A stretch of 64,000 nt of DNA from Candidatus Aenigmatarchaeota archaeon (GCA_018304545.1 JAGVVZ010000001.1:159495-223494), one strand, 5' to 3'. Numbered from the stretch's first letter, positions 29,697-38,998 are shown. Made by a program: numbers and translations. Notes: generated from the sequence alone by a model not told the origin.

Positions 29697-30032
29697 ATGA
29701 ATCCAAAAAGAAAACCAAAATTTCTAAGACAAGGACAATATCTTAAAAGAGTCGGAGAAAAATGGAGAAAGCCAAGAGGAATTCACAGCAAATTAAGACA
29801 GAAAAAGAAAGGCAAAGGCAACATACCAAATGTCGGTTATATGGCACCAAAAAATCTCAGAGGGTTACATCCTTCAGGATTTATGGAGAAATTTGTGGAG
29901 AATGCCAATCAATTATCATCTATTGATTCAAAGAAGGAATCTGTCAGAATATCATCCAAGGTCGGGGAAAGAAAGAGAAAGGAAATTATTAAAAGATCAA
30001 AAGAACTTAATTTGAAGATATTAAATGCGTGA
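29697..30032 (+). CDS. rpl32e: Ribosomal protein eL32
   Basis: WRKPRGIHSK, RGLHPSG. Confidence 0.96.
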   Translation: MNPKRKPKFLRQGQYLKRVGEKWRKPRGIHSKLRQKKKGKGNIPNVGYMAPKNLRGLHPSGFMEKFVENANQLSSIDSKKESVRISSKVGERKRKEIIKRSKELNLKILNA

Positions 30033-30037
30033 TTATC

Positions 30038-30463
30038 ATGGGCGGTTTATCTTTACAAAAAAGGGTTGCAGCACAACTTTTGAAGGTTGGCGTTACCAAA
30101 GTGTGGATGGATCCTTCGCACAGAGAAGAGATAAAGAACGCCATCACAAAGGCTGATCTGCGAAAAGCAATCTCTCATGGTTATATAAAAAAAAGGAAAG
30201 AGAAGTTAAAATTCCCTGAGGAAACGAAGAGAAAAAAGAAGACTGCAGGCAATAGAAAAGGTAAAAAACATTCGAGATACAGTAAAAAAAGAAAATGGAT
30301 AAATACAATAAGACCGTTGAGAAGAATGCTGAAAGAATTAAAAGATAATGAAAAAATAAATCAGCAGATGTACAGGCAAACATACAGACTGTTAAAGGGT
30401 GGCACATTCAGAAGTAGAGCGCACTTGAAACTTTACTTGGAACAAAAAGGTGTTAAAGTATGA
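30038..30463 (+). CDS. rpl19e: Ribosomal protein eL19
   Basis: QKRVAA, VWMDP, WINTIR, KGGTF. Confidence 0.95.
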   Translation: MGGLSLQKRVAAQLLKVGVTKVWMDPSHREEIKNAITKADLRKAISHGYIKKRKEKLKFPEETKRKKKTAGNRKGKKHSRYSKKRKWINTIRPLRRMLKELKDNEKINQQMYRQTYRLLKGGTFRSRAHLKLYLEQKGVKV

Positions 30464-31017
30464 AGATGAGAGCAACTTATGAATTGCCGTTCAAAAGAAG
30501 ACGAGAAGGAAAAACAGATTACCATAAGAGATTAGGATTATTGAAGTCAAAAAAATTAAGGCTTGTAATAAGAAGATCGACAAATAATATCAAGGCACAA
30601 ATTATTGAATACAATAAGGACGGGGACAAAATTCTCGTATCATCATCTTCTAGTGAATTAAAAAAACTTGGCTGGGATTACCCAACTGGAAATATACCTT
30701 CGGCATATTTGGTTGGCTTGCTGGTTGGGAAAAAGGCGCTGAAAAATAAAATAGAGGAAGTAATTGTTGACATGGGACTATATAGAAATATAAAGGGTTC
30801 CAGAATAAATTCCGTGTTGAAGGGTGTTCTGGATGCGGGTCTAAAGGTGCCACATGATCCTGAAATATTGCCGTCAGAAGATAGAATCAAAGGAAAACAT
30901 ATCATAAATTATTATAATCAACAAAAAGAGAGAAAAAATCTTTTCATCAAATCAAATCCTATGAAGATGTCTGAAATGTTCGAAAAGGTAAAATCAAGCA
31001 TAACAAAAGGTGTATAA
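30460..31017 (+). CDS. rpl18: Ribosomal protein uL18
   Basis: RRREGKTDY, PSAYLVG, DAGLKVPH. Confidence 0.96.
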   Translation: MKMRATYELPFKRRREGKTDYHKRLGLLKSKKLRLVIRRSTNNIKAQIIEYNKDGDKILVSSSSSELKKLGWDYPTGNIPSAYLVGLLVGKKALKNKIEEVIVDMGLYRNIKGSRINSVLKGVLDAGLKVPHDPEILPSEDRIKGKHIINYYNQQKERKNLFIKSNPMKMSEMFEKVKSSITKGV

Positions 31018-31824
31018 GTGGCAAGGAAAAAAACAACTGTGGAGGAAGTGCCGATAGTAGAAGAAATAGTTGTAGAGAAAGAAGCAGTTGAAGCAGTCCC
31101 TATAGTAGAAGGCGTTATTAAACCTGAAGTTCTTGTTGAAGTGGTTGAAAGAGTAATAAAGAGAGAGGTCGAACAAAGACTGGCTGCATGGAGACCAAAG
31201 ACTCAATTGGGCAAAAATGTTTTTGAAAAGAAAATCACAAATATTAATGAAATTTTAGAAAAAGGAATAAAAATAAAAGAACCAGAAATTGTAGACTTTC
31301 TCTTACCTGATATGGAGAATGAATTGTCATTAATTGGCGGACGACCTGGTAAAGGTGGTGGAAATCAAAAAACACCGATAAGAATTTCTGCCAAGATGCA
31401 TAGGTCTGGAAGGAGGATGACATCATCTGCTTTTGCTATAGTAGGAAACAATAACGGTATTGTTGGTGTCGGAAAAGGGAGGGGAAGAGAGGGAAGACTA
31501 GCTGTAGAAAAGGCTATTCAAAAAGCAAAGTTGAATTTAATAAAGGTTGAAAAAGGATGCGGCTCATGGGAATGCGGTTGTGGTGGTGATCATTCTATTC
31601 CTTTCAAGATAATTGGCAAGGCCGGATCTGTCACAATAAGACTCTTGCCTGCACCTAGAGGTGTTGGATTGGCAGTGGATAATGAAACAAAAAAGATATT
31701 GAGATTAGCTGGAATAAAGGATATATGGGGCAAAACCATGGGCAATACTGGTACAAGATACAATTTAGTAAAGGCCGTATATAATGCCCTTAAGAATTTG
31801 CACAAATATAAACTGGGAGAATAA
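31018..31824 (+). CDS. rps5: Ribosomal protein uS5
   Basis: W.PKT.LG, CGSWEC, HSIPFK, PAPRGVGL. Confidence 0.96.
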   Translation: MARKKTTVEEVPIVEEIVVEKEAVEAVPIVEGVIKPEVLVEVVERVIKREVEQRLAAWRPKTQLGKNVFEKKITNINEILEKGIKIKEPEIVDFLLPDMENELSLIGGRPGKGGGNQKTPIRISAKMHRSGRRMTSSAFAIVGNNNGIVGVGKGRGREGRLAVEKAIQKAKLNLIKVEKGCGSWECGCGGDHSIPFKIIGKAGSVTIRLLPAPRGVGLAVDNETKKILRLAGIKDIWGKTMGNTGTRYNLVKAVYNALKNLHKYKLGE

Positions 31825-31825
31825 A

Positions 31826-32170
31826 ATGTACGCGATTGTAAGAATAAGAGGAACTGCAAATATCAGCAAAGACAAAGAAGACACTCTTAAAATGTTGAAT
31901 CTGCCTAGAATCAATACTTGCACTATAGTTCCTGATACACCTCAATACTTGGGGATGATGAGAAAAGTCAAAGATTATGTTGCATTCGGTCCTATCAAAA
32001 AAGAGACTATTGACGAACTTGTCAAGAAAAAGGGATTGAAAGATGATAAACAGGTTTTCAGATTAAATCCGCCGAGAAAAGGATTCCGCTCTGTTAGACT
32101 CTCGTTTCCCAAAGGTGATTTGGGGCTTAGGAGAGAGGGAATGGACGAACTGTTAAAGAGAATGATTTAG
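31826..32170 (+). CDS. rpl30: Ribosomal protein uL30 (short, 114 aa)
   Basis: MYAIVRIRG, FRLNPPRKG, GDLG, LLKRMI. Confidence 0.93.
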   Translation: MYAIVRIRGTANISKDKEDTLKMLNLPRINTCTIVPDTPQYLGMMRKVKDYVAFGPIKKETIDELVKKKGLKDDKQVFRLNPPRKGFRSVRLSFPKGDLGLRREGMDELLKRMI

Positions 32171-32608
32171 ATGGTAGTAAGAAAAAGAAAAAAAATATTG
32201 AAAAGAAGGGGTTTTGGTAGTCCGGGATATGGAAGTCATAAGAAGCATAGGGGTGGCGGCAGTAAAGGTGGCAAGGGGAATGCTGGTTTGCATAAACACA
32301 AAGTTCATACAATGATAAAATACATGCCAGATCACTTCGGAAGAAAGGGTCTCCGTAGCACAATACCTAAAGAAGTCAAAACAATAAGTTTGATGGAATT
32401 GGATCAAATGATAGACGAATTATTGAAAAACAAAAAAGTTCAGAAAGAGGGTGACGCAATAAAAATTAATTTGTCTGAATTGGGATACGATAAATTGTTA
32501 GGCAACGGAAGGACATCGCATAAATTAATTATCGAGGGAAAACATTTTTCAAAACAAGCAGTCAGAAAGCTAGAAGAATCCGGGGGACAAATAATTTCAG
32601 AGGATTAA
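32171..32608 (+). CDS. rpl15: Ribosomal protein uL15
   Basis: GSKGGKGNAG, HFGRKG, GYDKLLG. Confidence 0.95.
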   Translation: MVVRKRKKILKRRGFGSPGYGSHKKHRGGGSKGGKGNAGLHKHKVHTMIKYMPDHFGRKGLRSTIPKEVKTISLMELDQMIDELLKNKKVQKEGDAIKINLSELGYDKLLGNGRTSHKLIIEGKHFSKQAVRKLEESGGQIISED

Positions 32609-32609
32609 A

Positions 32610-34055
32610 ATGGCTTTTGATATAAAGAAATTGGAAAGATTTTTACCCCTAGTTAAAAAACCTACTTATAAAATTTCATTAAACAAAAAATTATTTTGGA
32701 CTGGACTTGTCCTGATGTTGTATTTCATGCTTTCTTCGCAGTTGTTCGGCCATGTCTATGGAATCACGCCTGCAGCTGTTAGTCAGTTCAAAACACTTGA
32801 AATGTTGTTAGGATCTACGTTCGGAACATTAATGACTCTCGGTATCGGACCTATCGTCACATCTTCTATTCTTTTGCAATTGTTGGTTGGATCAAAAATC
32901 ATCAACTGGAACTTACAAAAACCAGAAGACAAAGAAAAATACGAAACGATACAAAAAATTTTGTCATTAACATTTTGCTTATTAGAAGCGGTGATATATG
33001 TTTTGGCCGGGGCGATAAGTCCAAGAAGTCCGGATATAATTACAGTCAGCGCAGTTATATTCCAACTTGCATTAGGCGGAGTCATTGTAATGCTTTTGGA
33101 TGAGATCATAAGCAAATACGGTATCGGATCTGGGATAAGCCTATTCATTGCAGCAGGTGTTTTGAACACTGTATTTATTCAGGTTTTCAGCCCTTGTGTT
33201 GCATCGGGTACGAGCGGATGTTCGTTGCCATCTAAAGGATTAGAACCCATAGGAAGATTCTGGGCATTGCTGATAAATGCTGCCAACGGATCGTTCAGCA
33301 GAATGACGGCTGATATGGTACCGTTAGTTTCCACTATAATAATTGTCATAATCGTTGTTTTTGCTCAGTCTATCACTGTTGACATTCCATTATCGTTCGG
33401 ATCGATGAGAGGATTCGGAAGGAGGTGGTCATTAAACTTATTCTATACGAGTAATATCCCTGTCATCTTAGCCGCTGCTTTATTAGCTAACATGCAATTA
33501 GTCGGCAGCTTAATGGCAAGACCTACAGTTGATAATCCTACATTGAGATGTGGCATCATGGGTTGCTTCTCTGATTCGGCTGGTAATAACCAAGCTATAA
33601 GTGGTTTAATGTATTACATAACTGCCCCCAACCAAAGCATAATTTTGGACGTGTTAAACGGCACATTAACCAATCAGCTAATGCTTAGAATGTTAACATA
33701 TACTTTGTTCCTTACTGCTGGTGCAATACTCTTCTCCATATTTTGGGTTAAAACATCTGGCATGGATGCAGAAAGCGTGGCTAATCAAATATCTTCAATA
33801 AAAATGCAAATTCCGGGATACAGACAGAACCCGAGAATAATAAAGGGTGTTTTAGACAAGTATATACCACCCCTCGCTGTTATAGGCGGAGCAAGCATCG
33901 GATTGCTAGCATCGGTTGCAGATATTCTAGGTGCCTTTGGTAGTGGTACAGGAATATTGCTATCAGTAACAATTCTATATAACATGTACCAACAATTGCA
34001 GAGAGAGGATACAGAAGCAGCTCATCCGTTAGTAAGGAGAATAGTAGGTGAGTAA
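32610..34055 (+). CDS. secY: Preprotein translocase SecY
   Basis: LGIGPIVTSSI, GSGISLFIA, YTSNIPVIL, IPGYR, GTGILL. Confidence 0.97.
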   Translation: MAFDIKKLERFLPLVKKPTYKISLNKKLFWTGLVLMLYFMLSSQLFGHVYGITPAAVSQFKTLEMLLGSTFGTLMTLGIGPIVTSSILLQLLVGSKIINWNLQKPEDKEKYETIQKILSLTFCLLEAVIYVLAGAISPRSPDIITVSAVIFQLALGGVIVMLLDEIISKYGIGSGISLFIAAGVLNTVFIQVFSPCVASGTSGCSLPSKGLEPIGRFWALLINAANGSFSRMTADMVPLVSTIIIVIIVVFAQSITVDIPLSFGSMRGFGRRWSLNLFYTSNIPVILAAALLANMQLVGSLMARPTVDNPTLRCGIMGCFSDSAGNNQAISGLMYYITAPNQSIILDVLNGTLTNQLMLRMLTYTLFLTAGAILFSIFWVKTSGMDAESVANQISSIKMQIPGYRQNPRIIKGVLDKYIPPLAVIGGASIGLLASVADILGAFGSGTGILLSVTILYNMYQQLQREDTEAAHPLVRRIVGE

Positions 34056-34547
34056 TTGGTTTTAGAATCAACTATGAACGCAATACTGTCACCACTACTT
34101 TCTCTTCATCCAGCATTGACTATCTTCATAGTTGCACTAGTCATCAGCATAGTCACAACATTTGTAAATAAAAAAACAATGAATTCAGAAAAAGGAAAAG
34201 TGGCAAAAGAAAAACTGGAAAAAGCGAACAAGTTAAGAGATGACGTACTGAAAGCCCAAAAAGAAGGAGATAAAAAAAAGGCCGAGCAGCTAAGCAAGCG
34301 CGTATTGGAACTCCAGTCAAAATACTTCTCTGAATATTCATCCCTGTCCTTTAAGCCGATGCTTATATCTATATTTTTAGTCATTCTTTTCTTGCCATGG
34401 ATGAAATCTACATATGGAAGTCAGATAGTCGCCACAGTACCGGCAGTAATACCTTACATCGGCGGCAATGGGATGTCATGGCTGTGGTGGTATTTCATAT
34501 GCGCATTAAGTTTAAGTATTGTTGTACGTAAGATTATGGGAGAATAA
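34056..34547 (+). CDS. EMC3/TMCO1 (DUF106) Oxa1-superfamily membrane protein
   Basis: TM-coiled coil-TM, FKPM, WLWWYF; usual position after secY. Confidence 0.88.
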   Translation: MVLESTMNAILSPLLSLHPALTIFIVALVISIVTTFVNKKTMNSEKGKVAKEKLEKANKLRDDVLKAQKEGDKKKAEQLSKRVLELQSKYFSEYSSLSFKPMLISIFLVILFLPWMKSTYGSQIVATVPAVIPYIGGNGMSWLWWYFICALSLSIVVRKIMGE

Positions 34548-34548
34548 T

Positions 34549-34815
34549 ATGACAAAAACAAGATTCAGATCCGGCAGTTGGACAAAGAGTAAAGTCAAAA
34601 CTCCTGGAAATAAAATTGTTACTCATTACAGCAGGCAGAAGCTCTCTGCTATGAAATGCGCAAAATGCAAAAAGCCTCTGCATGGTGTGGGGAGATATCT
34701 ATCTAAGCAATGGAAAAAACTAAGCAAAACGGAGAAGAGACCGGAAAGACCTTATGGTGGTCAGTTATGCTCGGCGTGCATGAGACAAGTGTTTAGAGAA
34801 AAGGTATTAGATTAA
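34549..34815 (+). CDS. rpl34e: Ribosomal protein eL34
   Basis: KTPG, CAKC..L.GV, RPERPYGG.LC..C. Confidence 0.95.
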   Translation: MTKTRFRSGSWTKSKVKTPGNKIVTHYSRQKLSAMKCAKCKKPLHGVGRYLSKQWKKLSKTEKRPERPYGGQLCSACMRQVFREKVLD

Positions 34816-34879
34816 ATAATGAATTTCTTGAAAACCCCATTACAAAAGTTTTATATTCGGTCATCTAAATAATATCATT

Positions 34880-35197
34880 ATGGATAGACTATCTGCAATT
34901 CTTTTGTCGTCAATAATTTTATTATTGATTTCGCCTATCGCATTTGCTCGATGCATTGTAAATGGCGAAGAAATACCATGCGAACAGTTCTGGGCAAGCT
35001 ATGGGTGGATATTTGTAACGATCGGGATCGTGCTAATAGTTCTGTTGACTTTCTGGTTTTTCATGCTTATCGATTGCATAAAAAGAAAGTTCAAAGACAA
35101 AACTTTGTGGACAATTATAATAATATTCACAAATGTCGTGGGTGCTGTATTGTATTATTTCATGGTGAAAAGGAAGAAATCAAATAGGGGCATATAA
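34880..35197 (+). CDS. PLDc_N-domain small membrane protein
   Basis: FWFFMLIDC..R...K.LW.....NVVGAVLYYF. Confidence 0.75.
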   Translation: MDRLSAILLSSIILLLISPIAFARCIVNGEEIPCEQFWASYGWIFVTIGIVLIVLLTFWFFMLIDCIKRKFKDKTLWTIIIIFTNVVGAVLYYFMVKRKKSNRGI

Positions 35198-35293
35198 AAC
35201 ACCACGAATTTCTGACAAAGAAAACCCATATAAATTTGATTTTTTATATAGAATTAGGATTTTTAAAGAATCATAATAATAGAGGTGATTTTA

Positions 35294-35800
35294 GTGGTGA
35301 CACTTGAAGTAGGTAGAGTTTGCATAAAAACAGCTGGAAGGGAAGCTGGTAAATATTGTGCTGTTATTAAAAAAGATGATGAAAATTTTGTTGTTGTTAC
35401 TGGTCCCAAAGCACTAACTGGTGTTAAGAGGAGAAGATGTAACGTAGAGCATTTAGAACCAACACAATACTTGATTAAAATCAAAGATGACGCACCTGAA
35501 AAAGAGGTTATGGATGCTTTCGAAAAAGCGGGTGTTTTAGCTAAATTGACGCTAAAAAAACCTAGTCCTGAAGTATTGAAAGAAAGCGAAAAGGTAATTG
35601 AAAAGAAGGTTGTAGAAAAGCCTAAAGTCGAAGAGAAAAAAGAAGTTAAAGAAAAGACTGTAGAGAAACCAAAGGAAGAAAAAACAGAAAAACCTGTTGC
35701 TCCTAAAAAAGTAGAAGAGCCAAAACCAAAAAGAGGAGTAAGGGGAAAGGAAGAAAAAATGTCTGAGAAAGTAACGAAAGCTAAAAAGACAAAAAAATAG
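35294..35800 (+). CDS. rpl14e: Ribosomal protein eL14 with Lys/Glu/Pro-rich C-terminal tail
   Basis: GRVCIKTAGREAG, VKRRRCN..HLEP. Confidence 0.95.
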   Translation: MVTLEVGRVCIKTAGREAGKYCAVIKKDDENFVVVTGPKALTGVKRRRCNVEHLEPTQYLIKIKDDAPEKEVMDAFEKAGVLAKLTLKKPSPEVLKESEKVIEKKVVEKPKVEEKKEVKEKTVEKPKEEKTEKPVAPKKVEEPKPKRGVRGKEEKMSEKVTKAKKTKK

Positions 35801-35811
35801 AATAATAATAA

Positions 35812-36612
35812 ATGGTTAGCTTTAGACATGTAGTAATCGTCAATAAAGACAAAGGACTAACGTCAAGAGAAGTAGACGTAGCTATAAAAGAAATATACGG
35901 ATGCAAGAAAGCCGGACATGCCGGAACGCTTGATCCAAATACGACCGGCCTTCTTGCCATATGTTTAGACGAAGCAACTAAGTTGATGCCTCTTTTGATG
36001 GGATCAGATAAAGAATATGAAGGAATAATATATTTGCACAAAGACATCAGCCTAAGCGAATTAAAAAGACAGATTAAAAAACATTTTATTGGCGAAATAA
36101 CACAAGTTCCACCTGTCAAATCCAGAGTTTCTAGAAAGGAAAGAAAAAGAATTATATATTCCTTTGACATCTTAAAAAAAGATGGTAAGAACATATTTTT
36201 TAGAACGAAGGTCCAGGCAGGAACATATATAAGAAAGTTGGCATATGATCTTGGACAAAAAATAAAAACCGGGGCTCACTTGAAAGAATTGAATAGAACT
36301 CATGTTGCTAACATTGGCATAAATCAAAGCCATTTTTTGAAAGAGATAAAAGAAAGACCGTATGAATCCCTAATAGATATTGAGAATGTATTCGATTTCG
36401 CGAAAAAAATAGAAATAAAAAATTCTTCAATTAAAAAAGTAATTCACGGATTGCCGATATTTTCTGAAGATATAATTAGTTCTGATAATGCTGAAAAAGA
36501 TGAATACGTATGTATAAAAAATTCTGGCAAAATTTTAGCGTTGGGAAAAATTATAAAAGATGGTAAGGAGAAGAAAATAAAAGTGGATAGAGTATTGTCG
36601 TTTAACCGCTAG
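35812..36612 (+). CDS. cbf5: Pseudouridine synthase Cbf5/TruB
   Basis: GHAGTLDP, Q.PPVKS, GTYIRKL, C-terminal PUA-like domain. Confidence 0.92.
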   Translation: MVSFRHVVIVNKDKGLTSREVDVAIKEIYGCKKAGHAGTLDPNTTGLLAICLDEATKLMPLLMGSDKEYEGIIYLHKDISLSELKRQIKKHFIGEITQVPPVKSRVSRKERKRIIYSFDILKKDGKNIFFRTKVQAGTYIRKLAYDLGQKIKTGAHLKELNRTHVANIGINQSHFLKEIKERPYESLIDIENVFDFAKKIEIKNSSIKKVIHGLPIFSEDIISSDNAEKDEYVCIKNSGKILALGKIIKDGKEKKIKVDRVLSFNR

Positions 36613-36907
36613 TTACGGCTTTTATTGCTACATAAATGAAAAAGCCTGCAATAGCAGTTAAAATATACCCAAATCCGCCTGTAACTGCAAATTTAAATCC
36701 AAGATAAAAAAATAATGGGAATAAAATCATAGCTTTTATTGGAAATTCTGAAGTGGCCATTTTCACCATAATATAAAGCAAAAATGCAAATATTCCAAAA
36801 ATTAGATATATGATACTTTTTGTAGCGAACATGTAACCGAAAAAGAAAAATAGAGGTATGAGTGCAAGTGCCTTTATGACGCTAAATATTACCATCATTC
36901 TCACCAT
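36602..36907 (-). CDS. Small four-TM membrane protein with internal duplication
   Basis: Two similar halves (IKALALIPLFFFFG / IKAMILFPLFFYLG). Confidence 0.65.
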   Translation of the reverse strand: MVRMMVIFSVIKALALIPLFFFFGYMFATKSIIYLIFGIFAFLLYIMVKMATSEFPIKAMILFPLFFYLGFKFAVTGGFGYILTAIAGFFIYVAIKAVTSG

Positions 36908-37682
36908 GAATTTTTTTATACAAATTTCTAAATCTATCTCCTCTTTCTCCTTGATCCCTCATTAATTCTTGAGACAACGACATTAAAAATTCGTATGTTC
37001 CTCTTCCTGAATATATCGATGCATCTGAACTGAAAATAAGTAAAAGTCTTATCAAATCTTCTGGATAATCTATATCTAAAAACAAGTTTCTTGTATTCAA
37101 TAAATCATAAGGGATGCTTAATTCTCTGAAACGATTTAACTGATGATTTAAATTGGTCTTTCCTTCAATACTCAGTTCTATCTCATATGCTGTCGGGGGA
37201 GTAATCAAATAACAGGTCGTACCGCCAAGATTCCCTTCAAACAAAACAACACCTGGACTCGTTCTCGTATATTTTCCACCAGTTCTCTGCAATAACTCAA
37301 TATCTTCTGTCATAATTAACGGGACATCAGAACCGCACACAACATATCTCTCATATGCGTTTTTAGCAGCTTCATGACCGAAATATTTCATTGATCTATT
37401 TAATTCATCGAAAGGCATCTGAACTGTATCTACACCTAATCTTCTTAACTCTCTCAACGCTTCATCTGGAGCATTGCCCGCCAGACCAACTACAACGTCT
37501 CCTTGATCTTGTATAGCTTGAATCCAAGTAGAATAAACATCAACAAGAAACCGTAAAGCCAAAGCACGTCTCTCATCTAGATATAAAAAACCATCTGAAC
37601 CATTTTCATAATCCAATCTCGTCTTTGGATTTCCGATCTTAAATGGTATGAGAACTTTATAAACCCTAGACAAATTCACCAC
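36882..37682 (-). CDS. CofC/FbiD-like guanylyltransferase fold protein
   Basis: VLIPFK..PKTRL, SDVPLI, GGT, DIDYPEDL. Confidence 0.7.
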   Translation of the reverse strand: MVNLSRVYKVLIPFKIGNPKTRLDYENGSDGFLYLDERRALALRFLVDVYSTWIQAIQDQGDVVVGLAGNAPDEALRELRRLGVDTVQMPFDELNRSMKYFGHEAAKNAYERYVVCGSDVPLIMTEDIELLQRTGGKYTRTSPGVVLFEGNLGGTTCYLITPPTAYEIELSIEGKTNLNHQLNRFRELSIPYDLLNTRNLFLDIDYPEDLIRLLLIFSSDASIYSGRGTYEFLMSLSQELMRDQGERGDRFRNLYKKIHGENDGNI

Positions 37683-37705
37683 TATTATAGCTTTGGTTAA
37701 ATTAC

Positions 37706-38137
37706 TCAGGATTTAAGCTTTAATACTATATCAGCCAGTTGTTTTGAAGTTAATCCTTTTCTGTCTTTTGATTTTTCCACTTCAAGAAGCTTGAAGAAAA
37801 ATTCTCTCGGATCAGAAAAACCATCGCTTTTCATTCTCGGGAAAACGTGCAAATGTGTATGAGGTATTCTGGAGCCAGCAACATCTCCCGACATCAATAC
37901 CCAGTCAAATCCGTCTCCCCCAAATTTTTTCAATAAAAGCTTTGTTGTCTTGTTTGTCAGCTCCAACATCTCCTTCAGTTCCTCTCCGTTAAGGTCAAAT
38001 GTTGTTTCAACATGTCTTTTCGGCATTATCAAAGAATGACCCTCCAGAAGGGGAGAAATATTATATACAGATCGGAAATTTTTTGACTCTAAAAATGTTA
38101 GGTCTTTTATTTTCTCGTCGCAAAACGGGCATGCCAT
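37706..38137 (-). CDS. HIT family hydrolase
   Basis: CPFC, GHSLIMPKRH, intact HTHLH. Confidence 0.92.
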   Translation of the reverse strand: MACPFCDEKIKDLTFLESKNFRSVYNISPLLEGHSLIMPKRHVETTFDLNGEELKEMLELTNKTTKLLLKKFGGDGFDWVLMSGDVAGSRIPHTHLHVFPRMKSDGFSDPREFFFKLLEVEKSKDRKGLTSKQLADIVLKLKS

Positions 38138-38182
38138 ATAAATCTTTTAATATTTATAACATAAAACTTTTAAATTGATGAT

Positions 38183-38389
38183 ATGTCTGTGAAGAAAGAG
38201 TTATTAGAAATATTGGCTTGTCCTAAATGCAAAGGTGACATACAAGAAAAAAGCATGTTTTTAGTTTGCAAGAAGTGTAAATTGGCATATCCTGTTTTAG
38301 ATAATGACGTTCCTGACATGCTGATTGAAGATGCATGGAAGCTAGAAAAAGCTGAAAAAGCAAAATTCAAGCACAATCTAGAACTGTAA
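38183..38389 (+). CDS. Trm112-like protein
   Basis: [16 protein letters not shown]...VP.ML. Confidence 0.9.
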   Translation: MSVKKELLEILACPKCKGDIQEKSMFLVCKKCKLAYPVLDNDVPDMLIEDAWKLEKAEKAKFKHNLEL

Positions 38390-38426
38390 ACGTTTTTAAG
38401 TTATTACACAATATTGTTTCTATTAA

Positions 38427-38593
38427 GCCAAGGTGGCAGAACTCGGTAATGCGCTGGATAGTGAAAAACTAGGCGAATCTTGAGTCGTCCGATGTGGAAG
38501 ATGGCTTGACCCTGATTTAATGATGTCAAGGAGGTGGACCGAAGGATAACCAGTGCCCTCACGGGCTTTAGGGTTCAAATCCCTACCTTGGCG
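38427..38593 (+). tRNA. tRNA-Ser(TGA) with two introns: 38458-38477 (30/31) and 38485-38547 (37/38)
   Basis: GCCAAGG/CCTTGGC acceptor stem, G discriminator, long variable arm; spliced arm CTGGT-CTTGAGA-ACCAG; BHB-like junctions. Confidence 0.85.
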
Positions 38594-38618
38594 TAGAAAA
38601 TTTAACAAAGATGAAATA

Positions 38619-38990
38619 ATGGATTCAACAACCAATATTCAAGAATTAAAAGATTTTATTAAAAAATTCTGCGAAGAAAGGGATTGGGATAAATACCACA
38701 ATGCCAAAGATCTGGCTATTGGAATCATAACTGAGTCATCAGAACTTCTGGAACATTTCAGGTTTAAATCTGAGAAAGAAATCGAAGATTTTTTTAATGA
38801 TAAAATAAAAAAAGAACTCGTATCAGAAGAGGTATCGGATGTTCTATATTTCTTGTTGAGATTTTGCCAAAAATATGATATTGACTTGTCAACTTCATTT
38901 AAGAAGAAAATGGAAATAAATGAAAAAAGATATCCGATAGAAAAATCTAAGGGGCTGAATAAAAAATATACTGAATACCAGAATAAGTAA
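38619..38990 (+). CDS. MazG-like nucleotide pyrophosphohydrolase (DCTPP1-like)
   Basis: ERDWDKYH.AKDL, ESSELLE, EEVSDV, NEKRYP; start moved clear of the tRNA. Confidence 0.92.
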   Translation: MDSTTNIQELKDFIKKFCEERDWDKYHNAKDLAIGIITESSELLEHFRFKSEKEIEDFFNDKIKKELVSEEVSDVLYFLLRFCQKYDIDLSTSFKKKMEINEKRYPIEKSKGLNKKYTEYQNK

Positions 38991-38998
38991 ACTATTGC

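Noticed and set aside
35263-35829. 188-aa Phe/Ser-rich minus-strand ORF
   Set aside because: Antisense shadow of the Lys/Glu-rich eL14; most other ORF-track entries nested in recognised genes were rejected likewise
38427-38593. tRNA-Sec
   Set aside because: Normal 7-bp acceptor and 5-bp T stems; the best splice gives anticodon TGA, not TCA
38423-38635. Minus-strand 70-aa ORF and the 5' extension of the MazG-like ORF from 38553
   Set aside because: Both overlap the tRNA-Ser gene; AAGGAGGTG is about 17 nt from GTG 38553, too far to be its SD
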